NCBI GenBank assembly: GCA_004431415.1
Contig: QPMI01000575.1
Span: 1 to 64,000 of the forward strand
Direction: 5' to 3'
DNA: 64,000 nucleotides
Source of the DNA: Cyanophora paradoxa CCMP329
Taxonomy: Eukaryota; Plantae; Glaucophyta
Shown: in pieces, positions 46,526 through 57,229 of the stretch
How the letters are laid out: every line of letters begins with the position of its first letter
How positions within the stretch are numbered: position 1 is the stretch's first letter
Notes under the pieces: generated by a model
Told to the model about the DNA's origin: nothing
The model's database searches: none
Seen by the model: the letters and a program-made list of their open reading frames with translations, nothing else
Position numbers and translations under genes: made by a program

Positions 46526-48687
46526 AGATAAGCAATTATCATGTATCATTTTTAGTTATCATGATATCATAGTATAACAGTGATTAAATGTAAGAATAAC
46601 AAGGTTACGTTAAGGTTACACAAGTTACGTAAGTAAAAACGTTACGTAACCTAAAAGTATAGAGAAATGACACCATAATGTCGTAGAGGTTACGCAAGTT
46701 ACGTGGTTACGCAAGTTTTAGACCTTCACCTATAAAAAGACCCCAGCCAAATTTTCAGAAAGAATTCAAAAAGTTGCGTAACCGTAACTCACAGTGACAA
46801 AATAGCGATAAATCAACCATTTTAACACTGAGAATGGTCTTAGTAATCGTAAAATATCTACGTAACCCATCACGTAACTCCATGTAACTTTTTAAACATT
46901 AATGTAACCTTCACATAAAAGTACGATCGAATACATAGAAGAGCAAAACAGTTTAATACAAGCAATTCGACAAAATGCACCACAGATACAATTTTATAAC
47001 CGTAAAAAACAAAATCCCAGTGAAAGGATTCCTTTGTTTTCTAACAATAACATTGATCAGCTATTGTAACAAAAGGACATAATATATCATTTTACTACAA
47101 TAGCTTTCTACAATGACATCTCCCCAAGATTCCCCTATTATTAAAGTGGACTCAAGGTTGACTCATATTAATCGTAAAAGTAGTAATAGTATATGGATTT
47201 TGTTACGAATTCAATACAAGGGTTGACTAAGTGGGTTGAGTTGACTCAAATTTCACAGGAAATAACAATGAATCAGAGTATAAAATGCATTTTTTGAATC
47301 AACTACACAACTAACACTGAGATTTTCACAATATAAGAGGTCCTTACTGAATATGGTATGTGTCACACCCAATTATTTCAAAAATCCTAAGGGTCCCCCT
47401 TAGAATCATTAAAACATGATAAAAACATATAAGTTTCATGTATAATTACGATTGGATTCAATAAGAGATCGATTTGTTTTATTTAACAAATGAATCATTT
47501 ATGGATCTTAATCGAGTTTAGCGATATATTTCCGATTAAATGAATTAAATTTAATTAAATTTAATCGAGAAAGTACATGAATATAATATCGATTAAATCA
47601 ATTAACAAACAGACCAATCACACATAGTAAAATGCGGAGTTTTAACCAGAGGCAAGATCTAATTGAGATTCAGTTATAATATTCGGAAATATATACAGAT
47701 TATCGATAGACTCAGTAAGACTAATCGGAAAATAAGAGAAATTTACGATAAAATATCGAAAAGAATACAAAATAATCGAAATAAATGAATATTCGATAAG
47801 ATATACACAGATTATCGATTGATTGAAATAGAATATACGAGATATATCAACAAAATCAATTAAGATAAGCCGAGGGTTAAAACTCCGCATTTTACTATGT
47901 GTTGCTCACACCGCCACAGGGTCAGGAGCACAAACGAAAGACGGCACTAGCCTCGAACGACATCAGATGGTTTGGAGCGTCCCCCGCCCCACCCGACGCG
48001 TGAAGCTGTGCTCGACCTCCCGTTGTCCCCTCCAAAACTCCAGCATCCGACGATGATGCGTACAGATGCCTCTTCCAGACGATGGTGCGCCTGGAAGGAC
48101 CCGACGCTAAGCCTCACTGGCCTCAGTCCGCGACGATGATGCGCCGCGGACGCCCTGCTCCGAGCGATGGTGCGCTCGAGCTCGCTCCGACGTCGAGTAC
48201 CAAGGGACGCCGCACTTGGATTTCGAATTTTGCCACCTGCGGTGACGAGACGTTGAGCCCGCGTCCGTCTGATGCAGGTCCGACCCGGTCACGTTCGGAT
48301 GGACGACGACCTCGGGCCCTCCCGGCCCTCAACCGCCGTACGTCCCCCGTCCCACCCAGCTGTCACAGGCGCCCTCCTCGACCCGTCCTGATCAGGGCCC
48401 GGGCAGGTCCGCGCCTCGGCTGTGGACGCCGGTCCACCGGACATAATCGGCACGACGCCTCCTTTCTTCCCGAAGGCAGGCCGTCGTCGGCACCGGTGCT
48501 TCTCCTTTCTGTCCCGAAAGCAAGCAAGCACCACTTCAACGTTGCAGATTGCAAATTGCAAAACCAACGAATATTCACAGCTGACTCCGCGCGCCCTTGC
48601 TTGCGAAGCTGCAGCTGACACCCCACGCCATCTCGCGCTGGCCTTTTCGAACTGGCGGAGACCTAACCGCCAAGAAAATGTTCGAAG

Positions 48688-50265
48688 TCACGACGGCTGT
48701 GCGCGGCCGCCGTCGGCACTCCCAAAGCCGCGACGCCGCTCAACCTCCTGCTGCCAAGCCGCACGTTCCGCCTTCAATTCTTTCAGCTCGCGCTGAAGCT
48801 TCCAGCGGCAGACATCGGTGTCGTGCGAGCTGCTCTTGCACTCGTCACACCAGCGTCCGTCACCACGCCGCTGAACGAAATTTCCAGCATCATCCTCATC
48901 GCCTTCACCGTCTTCAGTGCTGCTGTCGCTTGAATCCTGACTCTGCTCGTCCTCCGAATCGGAATCGTCACTGCCCGACGCCTTGCGCTTCGACCCGACG
49001 CTGTTGACAGCATTTACAGGTTCGTATCCCGAGCTTGCCGCGGCTGCCACCTGAGCCGAGCTTGTCCCGACCGCAGCCAATAACACGTTCGCCTGTCGAA
49101 GCCTGATTGAAAGCTCGTGGAACGACCTCACCCGCCGAAAGAATTCGTTGCCCCATTCCAAAATATCCTGGCGAGCTGCCTCCGGAATTTTGCAGATGAG
49201 CTTCATCATCGCCACCGACGTGATGACATCAGCCGACATCATCTCAGCGATGAGGATCTCGTCCGAATAATCAAGCTGCAGTAGACGACGAAATACAACG
49301 ACGCTGTTCACAAAAGACTGAGCGTCCAACTCTGTTGGGTCGCTCAAAGTTGAGAAATGGTTGCCAGCCGACTTCACAACATTACGTAGGAGCTCAAACT
49401 TGTTGCCAGGCACCATGCCAATTAAATGTGCACGAATCTGAGTCCACGACGACATATCCAAGACGCCCAGGTTCGACTTAGTTGACATCGCCCCCAGCAC
49501 AGCAGCGTTGAAGGCCCCGCCAACAGGATCAATTGCGCCGCGTTGCAGAGCTGACACCGCGAGCTCCGCCAAGACAGTATCAGGGTCAGAATATTTCGGC
49601 GGCCGCACAGACCAGGTGCCCAGCCGCTCCACCGACATTATCCACGATAGAAGCCCCGCCTGCGACAAGACAGAAATATTCTCCGCAAGAGAGTTCAACT
49701 CGCGCCGCTGAGCGTGCTGCTTCATATCGACCCTCAGCGCGTCCAGCGCATCCCGCAGGACCAACGCGGTCTCGGCCCCGGCCTCACGATCAAGCCCCTG
49801 CCGCTCGCCTCCGCCGGCGCCATCCTGCTCCTCGAGCTCGCCCTCGACGGGTTCGTGCTCAGCCCGCTCAGCTTCAAGCCCCTCCTCCGCGGCAGCTGCG
49901 GCTGCGGCCGCATCCGCAGCCCGCGCCCTAGATCGCCGTGTCCGCGCCATCGAAATCGAGATATAAATCGAAATTAAATCGACCCGCAGCCGCTCGCTAG
50001 TGCGTGCTCGCACGCGTACACCGTCCGCTCCGCGCACGCCGGCGCGCCCCCGCGATCGTCCGGCCCAGCAGCTAGCGCTGCAAGACACTCGCGATCGCCG
50101 ATCCGTGCCCAAACTCGAGCTCGCAGCCCGCCAGGGCCTTGCGCGCGCGCGGCCGGCCCGCGCCGCTCGCCGTCCGAGATTCACGCCGCCCGCGCGCCCA
50201 CGACCGCGCCCGCACGCCCACGACCGTCCGGCAGCCGCCGACAGGCCCCTCGAGCTCGCCTGCAC
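48688..50265 (-). CDS. gag: Gag-like protein with CCHC zinc knuckle (true start probably MARTRRSR, ~49950)
   Basis: CDECKSSSHDTDVC = C-X2-C-X4-H-X4-C near the C-terminus; lies between LTRs. Confidence 0.8.
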   Translation of the reverse strand: MQASSRGLSAAAGRSWACGRGRGRAGGVNLGRRAARAGRARARPWRAASSSLGTDRRSRVSCSASCWAGRSRGRAGVRGADGVRVRARTSERLRVDLISIYISISMARTRRSRARAADAAAAAAAAEEGLEAERAEHEPVEGELEEQDGAGGGERQGLDREAGAETALVLRDALDALRVDMKQHAQRRELNSLAENISVLSQAGLLSWIMSVERLGTWSVRPPKYSDPDTVLAELAVSALQRGAIDPVGGAFNAAVLGAMSTKSNLGVLDMSSWTQIRAHLIGMVPGNKFELLRNVVKSAGNHFSTLSDPTELDAQSFVNSVVVFRRLLQLDYSDEILIAEMMSADVITSVAMMKLICKIPEAARQDILEWGNEFFRRVRSFHELSIRLRQANVLLAAVGTSSAQVAAAASSGYEPVNAVNSVGSKRKASGSDDSDSEDEQSQDSSDSSTEDGEGDEDDAGNFVQRRGDGRWCDECKSSSHDTDVCRWKLQRELKELKAERAAWQQEVERRRGFGSADGGRAQPS

Positions 50266-50848
50266 GTGTGCGCCCGCCCGCGACGGCCCCGATCGATTGC
50301 AATATTAATTGCACGCCACCCGCGACGTCAACGTCGACACGCCGACAGCTAGAGCGCTAGCCCGCAGCTAGCGCTGTAGCTCCGTACGCGTCCGCGGTCC
50401 CGCTCCCGCAGCTCCGAGCCCGACCAGCGCCACGCCACGCGAAGTTTTGCAGCTCCGGCTCAAGCGTACGCTCGCAAGCTGCGATGCAACAGCTGCGCTC
50501 GCGCCCCGAACGAGCCCATGTCAGGACAGCATCTCGGCGCGCGCATATGCATGCGCCTTAAGAGAGTCCGAATTCGACGCCATATATCGGCGCGCAGCGC
50601 CCGCGGCCGCAGAATTCGGAAGGGACAAGCACGCATCTTTTAGAAGGGTGCGCGGCGATGCCCAGAGATCGCTCACCCATGATCGAGCAAGGGGTCGCCG
50701 AGATGATAGCATCACGATAATGCGCAAAAGGCTCAAGATCAGTTCACGGGGCGCTGTGAGGGGAACGCGCGCGCGTTCGCGCGCAAGGGAATTCGAAGCT
50801 TAAGATCCCTCGAGCTCGAGCTCAAGGTCCAAGTTAGAGAGAACTTTT

Positions 50849-50860
50849 GAGCAGCCCCCA
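50849..50860 (-). promoter_or_regulatory. Putative primer-binding site (tRNA-Pro-like)
   Basis: Minus strand reads TGGGGGCTGCTC 4 nt inside the 5' LTR; the first 8 nt match the canonical tRNA-Pro PBS TGGGGGCT. Confidence 0.5.
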
Positions 50861-50864
50861 AACG

Positions 50865-51339
50865 TGTGCCGTCACGTCTCGCACGTCTAGGGGAGAGACG
50901 TAGACCCACACCGCGTACAACAGTGTACGGACCTGCGATGCACTCGACTGTAGGCCAGCCCGAGTCCCAGGCAGCCCGTAGCTATGAGATTGCAAGCCGC
51001 AGTGCTAGTATTAATTACAGCTGCTACGTAAGCCCAAGTTACTTAGTTAACGCTGTACCAAGCTCGATTAATTGGTAATCACAAGTCTGCCCGAGTCCAC
51101 TAGACTCTGACTATTTACGGGGCTAAGCCACCGCGTGCCACGTCGGCTCAGGCCCTGGCCACGTCGGCTCGGGCCCTTCAGCGCCACGTCGGCTCGGGCC
51201 CTTGAGCGCCGCCGTGCACGTGTCGGGCCGGGGGCCCCTCCGGGACCGGGTACGCCGCGCCCGGCGGCCGGCACCCCCTCGAGGCCCGCGGCGGGTACGC
51301 CCCCACGTTGATCGCGAACTCGCGATCGCGCCCGCGACA
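50865..51339 (-). repeat. 5' LTR
   Basis: Direct repeat of 16486-16960, upstream of gag on the minus strand. Confidence 0.93.
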
Positions 51340-51647
51340 ATACCTTGCCTGTACACGGCGTACTACACGCCCCCATGGCCACAGTGCTGGAGTAGACTAG
51401 AGGCTGTGGGCCTGTGGCCGGTAATTCACCAAAAAGAAAAGATAACCACGACATCGAAGGATTCGAAGGAGTGATCGGTTTATAGTGGGCTGAAATTAAA
51501 ATAATTAATTATAAGAGGTGGCCGAGCGCGGAGTGGGACCGCTTTAATATAGTACTAGTCACTGAGTACGTACGGCGACCTGTATATGGTAGCGCAGTAG
51601 TTATGTCAGCGCGGTAATTAAGTATTACACGGTAGCTATCGCCTATA

Positions 51648-52025
51648 CCGTGTAAGTTCGGTGTAACACTATATGAAGGTACTCACTTTCTTATGTCAAA
51701 AAAAAAAATTTGCTCGGATAGGTCCGGCCAGGCAGGGAGGGGGTTGCCCCCCTCCCCACGCGCCGCTGTTTCCAGCGGCTCGGCCGGACCCTACTCACTT
51801 TCTTATGTCATCCCCAAATTATGTCGCCTCGGGCATGACGTAATTTGGGACCGTCATAAAGCGGGTATAGTAAGTCGCCCCATACAAGGGACCGCCCCAT
51901 CATGGCATACAAGCCCGAAAATTTCATGACGACATAATTTGGGACCGTCATATTTTGCGTAGCGGAGGGTCAGGTTTTATAACGACATAATTTGACCGTC
52001 GACGTCATAATATAGTGTTACACGG
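51648..52025. mobile_element. Degenerate Tc1/mariner-type MITE related to 14886-15069
   Basis: GTGTAACACTATA / TATAGTGTTACAC inverted ends; shares TTATGTCATCCCCAAATTAT.TCGCCTCGG with the reverse complement of the other copy. Confidence 0.5.
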
Positions 52026-52147
52026 TCGAGCCCTCGCGATCGAGCTCGGAGAGTCGCCGGAGTCTTTGAAGTTTGAACTTTGAAGCGACCATATGTACAC
52101 TGTACAGTACAGTGTCAGACTGTCAGTCCTATGATATACTAGTAATA

Positions 52148-53113
52148 CCGTGTGGCACTATAATACCGCGCCCACTTAATTACCGCGGTACCAAATTACC
52201 GCGTCGAGAATTTCCAAAAACGCGGTAATTTGGTACCGCGGTAATTACCTGCTGAGAAGTCGCCCCGGACGGAGTTGAACCCGTGCGCCCTCCAGCCTTC
52301 GCGCGGGAACAGCGAGCGCTAGCGACGATGGGTCGGCCGAAGGGCGTAGCTATAGGCAAGAACCTGTTCGGTAAAGAGAAGGATCCGAAGGTTGAGCAGC
52401 GCTAGCCGATTACCAACCTGTTCAAGGTGCTGTCGGCGTCGAAGGAGGCGACGTCGACGCCGCTGCCGCAGGGCGCCCTCGACCCCGCTGCTGCCAGCAC
52501 AGCTGAGCAGGCTGCGTTAAAAAAAAATTCGCAAGCGCGTCGCCAGTGGTCTTCAGAAGGAGGAGGTTAAGCGACAGGCTCGCGCCGAGTCGCAGCAGCC
52601 GCAGATCTAGAAGCGATCGTCGTATTCGCGCGCTTCGCGATCGTCGGCGGAGGCGGATATCGATGCCGCGCGCGCGCGGCCGGCGCCGGGAGCTCTGCTG
52701 CGGGACTCCGGGAGTCGCCGACACCGAGTCCGAGATGAGCGACGCTAGCGCTAGCGCTGGCTTCAGCGATGCGGGCGAGCTGCCATGCCGAGCGACAGCG
52801 ACGAGGGCGGCAGCGACGAGGAGGACGACTTCGGCAACGAGGACGTCGACGCCTAGGCTAGCTAAGTCAGGCGCAGGCCCCCGCAGGATTCGAGCGCAGG
52901 ACCGTCGGGCTCTCTCTCAGCCAGGACGGACACGTAGCTCGAGAATTATAATTTGTGACCACCACCCCCCCCCCCCCTAAAATTACCGCCCCATACAAGC
53001 CTCCAGTTTTTTAAAACGCGGTAATTTGGTACCGCGGTATTTTGGCCACCCTCGGGCCGGAGTTTCTATAGCTAACGCGGTAATTTACGCCGCGGTATTT
53101 TAGTGCCACACGG
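52148..53113. mobile_element. Non-autonomous Tc1/mariner-type DNA transposon
   Basis: 23-bp TIR CCGTGTGGCACTA(T/A)AATACCGCG; TA on both flanks; subterminal AATTACCGCG repeats. Confidence 0.8.
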
Positions 53114-53489
53114 TAGTCTAGTATGCATATCGATATCGGCCGCGGCCCGCCGCGGCCCGCGCGCGGCCGCCGGCCGGGGCGCCCGGCCCGGCCGGGCGGA
53201 CTGTCAATCATTGAATTAATACTTGTATTGCAAATCAGTGTCAATGTCTGTACTACCGTAGGTCCGTGCCACTCCGTGGTACACTGGTACCGTAGTACGG
53301 TACCGGTAGACCGTACTACGGTACGTCGGACGGCGGTACTATTTTGGAATACCATCACTCTACTAGGCTAGAGACTAGAGTCTACTAGTGAGGCTGGCAC
53401 TGCCGGCATGCCGGACCAGTGCCGGTGCCGGCCGGTGCCGTTACTCCGGGAATCCGACGGTCTGGCCCAGTGGACTCTGGAGTCTGGAC

Positions 53490-54030
53490 TAGGGCTGGGC
53501 ACAGTCCACCTCAACCCCCACCCGGTCGGTGGGCCCGCTGACTGTTACCCGCCGGTGGCGGTCGGTAGAGGGGAGGTACTTGCTGCAGTGCGTGGAAATT
53601 GACAGGAAATACGCTTGATTCTGCACAGCTTCAAGGCGCTACGCGCCTACTCTGTTCCGAACTGTCTAAAGCAAGTGCTTTGGGGCGAGTTCAAGGCTAG
53701 TTTTGGGGGAGGCGCCCGGGGTGGTTGATGCTCAGGAGGGGTACGGGATATCGCGATCGATGGCGTCAGCTCCCTTGGGCTCCGGATCCGTCGGACTGAA
53801 GAGCGCAGGAGCGCAGGAGAGCAGGAAGATGAGCTAAGCAGGACTTTCCTGGCCTGGGTGCACGGAATATGTAACTTTCGCGCGCGAGAATATGAAATTT
53901 TCGCGAGCCTACCCCCCCTAGAATTTTTATTTGTATGGTACCGGGCGTTGTATGGCGGTGGGCCGGATTTTCCACCCGGTCGGTCGGTGGCAGCCTGCCA
54001 CTGCCACCGGCCGCCACCGGCCCAGCCCTA
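53490..54030. mobile_element. hAT-type MITE
   Basis: TIR TAGGGCTGGGC / GCCCAGCCCTA; 8-bp TSD GTCTGGAC. Confidence 0.85.
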
Positions 54031-54203
54031 GTCTGGACTCTAGCCCTGGACTCTCAGAGCTCGAGTGCCGCGGCACTGCGGCAGCACGGTTCAAAACGGT
54101 TGGAACTTAGTACAGTACTAGTATTGCGCACTGCCAGGCTGCCAGAGGCTGCGGCATGCATATGCAGCTGTGATCTGACAAGCGATCATCGCGAGATCGG
54201 GCC

Positions 54204-56898
54204 ATGGTCTGCTGCTGCGATCGTGATGATGAGCGAAGTGAGCAGGTTCGTTATAAATTATCATGACCGTCCGGTCGGTCTGTGCGTATGTATACGTAGT
54301 GTGCTTATAGTACGCTTATAGCCTTAGTACTCCTTTCTGAATTCCGACAAACGTACTCGCGATCGTGTGCCCTTGCTACCAGCCAGATTAGAAGTGAGTG
54401 TGTGTGAGTCCTTTGCCAGTATACGTATGTAGCTATCATAGTAGTAGTATCTATATATGTATAGCTTTAGTCGCGCAGTTTCCGACTTCAGCTTACTAAA
54501 TTACGCAGGGAAGCACGGATGGCAACAATGCGAGGCCTCGAGCTCTGCAGCCGCCGCGTGCTGTGTTCGTGGAATCTGTGTCTGCCGACTCTGTCGTCTG
54601 CCACGTCCGCTGCCCGAAGAGTGCGCAGATGGTTTGTCTGTATATATATGCGTCTGCATGTGATATATACGATGCGCGCGTGCACGCGTGCGCTACCAAA
54701 TGCTGACTTGCAGCACATCTGCAGCGCCCCAACAAAGCTTCCCGCTCTGCATCATCGCGTTCGACGCCAGCACCGGGCGCAACCTCCTTGAACGTCAAGT
54801 TACTTCCAATCCCGTAGAGCTTCGAGGCCTGCCCCGGAACGCGGAGCTAATCGTCGAACTGCGTGCAATGAATTCGAGAGTCGCCTCCGTTCGAACCGTG
54901 CGCGCAAGATTTAGATTTCGCTGTTGAAGAAAGCACACAACGTTAACATTTAACTTGGCAGCGTGCGGGAAGTAATGTCGATCTCGCTTCCGCGGCAGAC
55001 CTGTTTCTTCTAGAGTTTGAAAGAGAATCGGGGACGCGGATGGTTCGCAACAATCCCATCTGCATCTTTCCCAGGGGACAGGCGAGCGGACGGCGCGTTC
55101 AGGTCGAAACTGACGATTACGGAAAGGTGCGGGTCATCGCTGCTGTGCTTGTCTCTATCCACTGAAGCTATCTCGATCCGATGATGATCGCAGGCCGTGT
55201 TTTCGTTTGAGAATCCTGAAAGCTTCAATTATGCTTTCACGATTCAGGTGCGCGTTGCAAACAGATTCTTTAAATGGGTGCACTTATCTCACTCGACTTC
55301 TGTGAAGGTGCTGGAGAAAGGAACGGAGGCCGGAGGCGGCGGCGCTGTGCAATGGGAGGCATCGTTTCAGCTGGACCCGTTCACCAAGACTCACATCGAG
55401 GTTCCAGACAAGAACCTGGATACCCACTTCAAAAAATCCGAGAATGCGGATGTCAGTTCCTCATATGTTGAGATATTAATATTAATACTATATTTATATC
55501 CTATGGGCTAATGTGCTTCCAGATTGAAGGGTTGCCTATCACCCAAAGAATTAGAAAACGACAGCGGGACCAGGTCAATCGGGACCCCTCTCAAGTTCAA
55601 CTCGATTTCACGGTACGCAGTGCCAAAACCAAGAGATCTTCTCTGTGAACTTAAGCACCATCTGCGCGAGAAGAATCAGAACGGCGGAGGCGGGCACGTG
55701 CGATCGCGGGAGATAACATTCGAGATGCTCAGCGGAGGTGGCCATGGTTTCGACGCCCAGGTACGTTATTGATTTTTATGCCCGATGCACATGATGCATT
55801 TGATAGTTATTCTATTGACTGACGCGTACGCTTGAGCCTGATTTGTAATTACGTAACAGGCCGTCAACAAGGGGATGCGGGATGAATACGACATCTTCAT
55901 GTCGCACCTGCAGGCAACAGGCGGCGCTCACGCACAATGGATCACGGAAGAGGTGTGCGTCGCACTCACATGCACCGCACCAGTCTCATATGCCAAGATC
56001 CTGCTTATAATTAAGAATTGATTTTGTGCATGTGCAGATTAAAAAACGGATCCCCGGAATCGAGTTTTTCCTCGATGTCGACAATTGGAGCCAAGTCTGC
56101 GCGCTTTATTTCCGAACACATAATCCCATCATGTCTCTCAAATTTTCTGGCCGGTCAGAACAACGATCTTCTCGGCGTGCTGAAGCGCACCAAAAATGTG
56201 ATCATCCTCCTGACTCCAGGTGCGCACGCCTGCATAATGTTGACGCTCGATTGTGGCTGTGAGCGATGGTTTTCGCAGGGTGGTCGAAATCCCAATGGGT
56301 TCAGCAAGAAATTTACTGGATGTTCGAGCTGAAGGATAAATCTCCTTCTGGCTTTCCTAATGTAAGTAAAATATGCCGACAGTACGCAGTACATAATTAT
56401 CTACTAGCTATAGTATAGCGCACAACAGATATCCAAGCGCAGATAGTGCCCATTTTCGTGAGGGACGAGAACAAGCACGCGAACGTCCCCTGGACTCAGA
56501 AGGGACACGGTGCGTTCGCAAATGGCCTGTATTAAGTTGTTTAGATATATATTTTCATTGGAGGTCATGTGTTATTGAACCCAATTTCGCAACTGTTTCC
56601 GCAGCAATCGACGAGATGAATTCAACTGCCGACAGCGGGGGGTGGCGCTTTTTGGACTCGCCAGAGGATTCGCGGAACCCAGACGCGACGATCACGCTCC
56701 CCAAGTCTGGAGTGATAAAAGCCGCCGCGTTCAGCGGCCTTCTTAAAAGTGCATGAATTTTATTCAACATTGAGTTTACCGGTGTTAATGCTCTATTTCG
56801 AAGGAATCACTGGGGGAATGAACGTGATGGAGGCAAAGCGCGACGAGCCGTACAAGACTGCTTTTATCGAAAAGGAGGTTCTTCCCGCCCTGAAGTAG
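54204..56898 (+). CDS. Multi-exon host gene: FN3-like N-terminal region plus C-terminal TIR domain
   Basis: GT-AG exons give MVCCCDRDDERSEQ, PPRAVFVESVSADSV (FN3-like), YDIFMSH, FFLDVD, VIILLTP, WSKSQWVQQEI, IVPIF; some exon boundaries are uncertain. Confidence 0.7.
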
Positions 56899-57229
56899 GC
56901 CCAAACCCGGTCCCCTGAAAAAGCTTATTTTTCGCAATCGGGTCTGTCGCTATCGTGTCCCGGGTCCGTAATCGAAATGCGAAACGCCAATGCGTGGCAT
57001 AGTCAACTAACGGGATATCCGGATACGTAGCACTATGTGCATGTGAACAGTACTATGGGCACAAAAATGTAAAAACAGTCTAGTACCATTGTCTTCAGTC
57101 CTCAGTCCGAAAGGGCCGGAAGCCCGGCGGGCGGGCGGGCGCCCCCTGCATATGACGCAGGGCGAGGGGACAGGGGAGGAAGTGGAATAGTACTCGGCGT
57201 ACTTGATAGGGTACGAGGTGATAGGGAGG

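Larger units (their letters stand above)
17431..47902. mobile_element. 30.5-kb palindromic virus-like integrated element encoding a primase-helicase (Polinton-like-virus/transpoviron-like, non-autonomous)
   Basis: Ends ACACATAGTAAAATGCGGAG... / ...CTCCGCATTTTACTATGTGT; 6-bp TSD TGCTCA (17425-17430, 47903-47908); AT-rich intronless genes within a GC-rich host. Confidence 0.93.
37556..47902 (-). repeat. Right arm (~10.3 kb), inverted copy of left arm (17431-36355 minus the duplication)
   Basis: All ORFs recur in mirror order. Symmetry breaks at GGAAATATC (36355) / GATATTTCC (37556), leaving a 1200-bp spacer. Confidence 0.95.
16486..51339 (-). mobile_element. Gag-only (non-autonomous) LTR retrotransposon, ~4.4 kb once the nested insertion is removed
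   Basis: Two 475-bp direct repeats TG...CA; 4-bp TSD ATAC (16482-16485, 51340-51343); minus-strand Gag with CCHC knuckle; PBS-like sequence; no pol seen. Confidence 0.9.

Noticed and set aside
17431-47902. Palindrome as a nanopore fold-back chimera
   Set aside because: The flanks differ, a TSD is present, the host LTR element is continuous across the insert, the centre is 1.2 kb of unique sequence, and the arms differ by substitutions. Read-level confirmation is still advisable.
47909-48690. Read-through pol after the gag TGA
   Set aside because: The downstream frame shows no D(T/S)G protease, RT or integrase motif and is too short.
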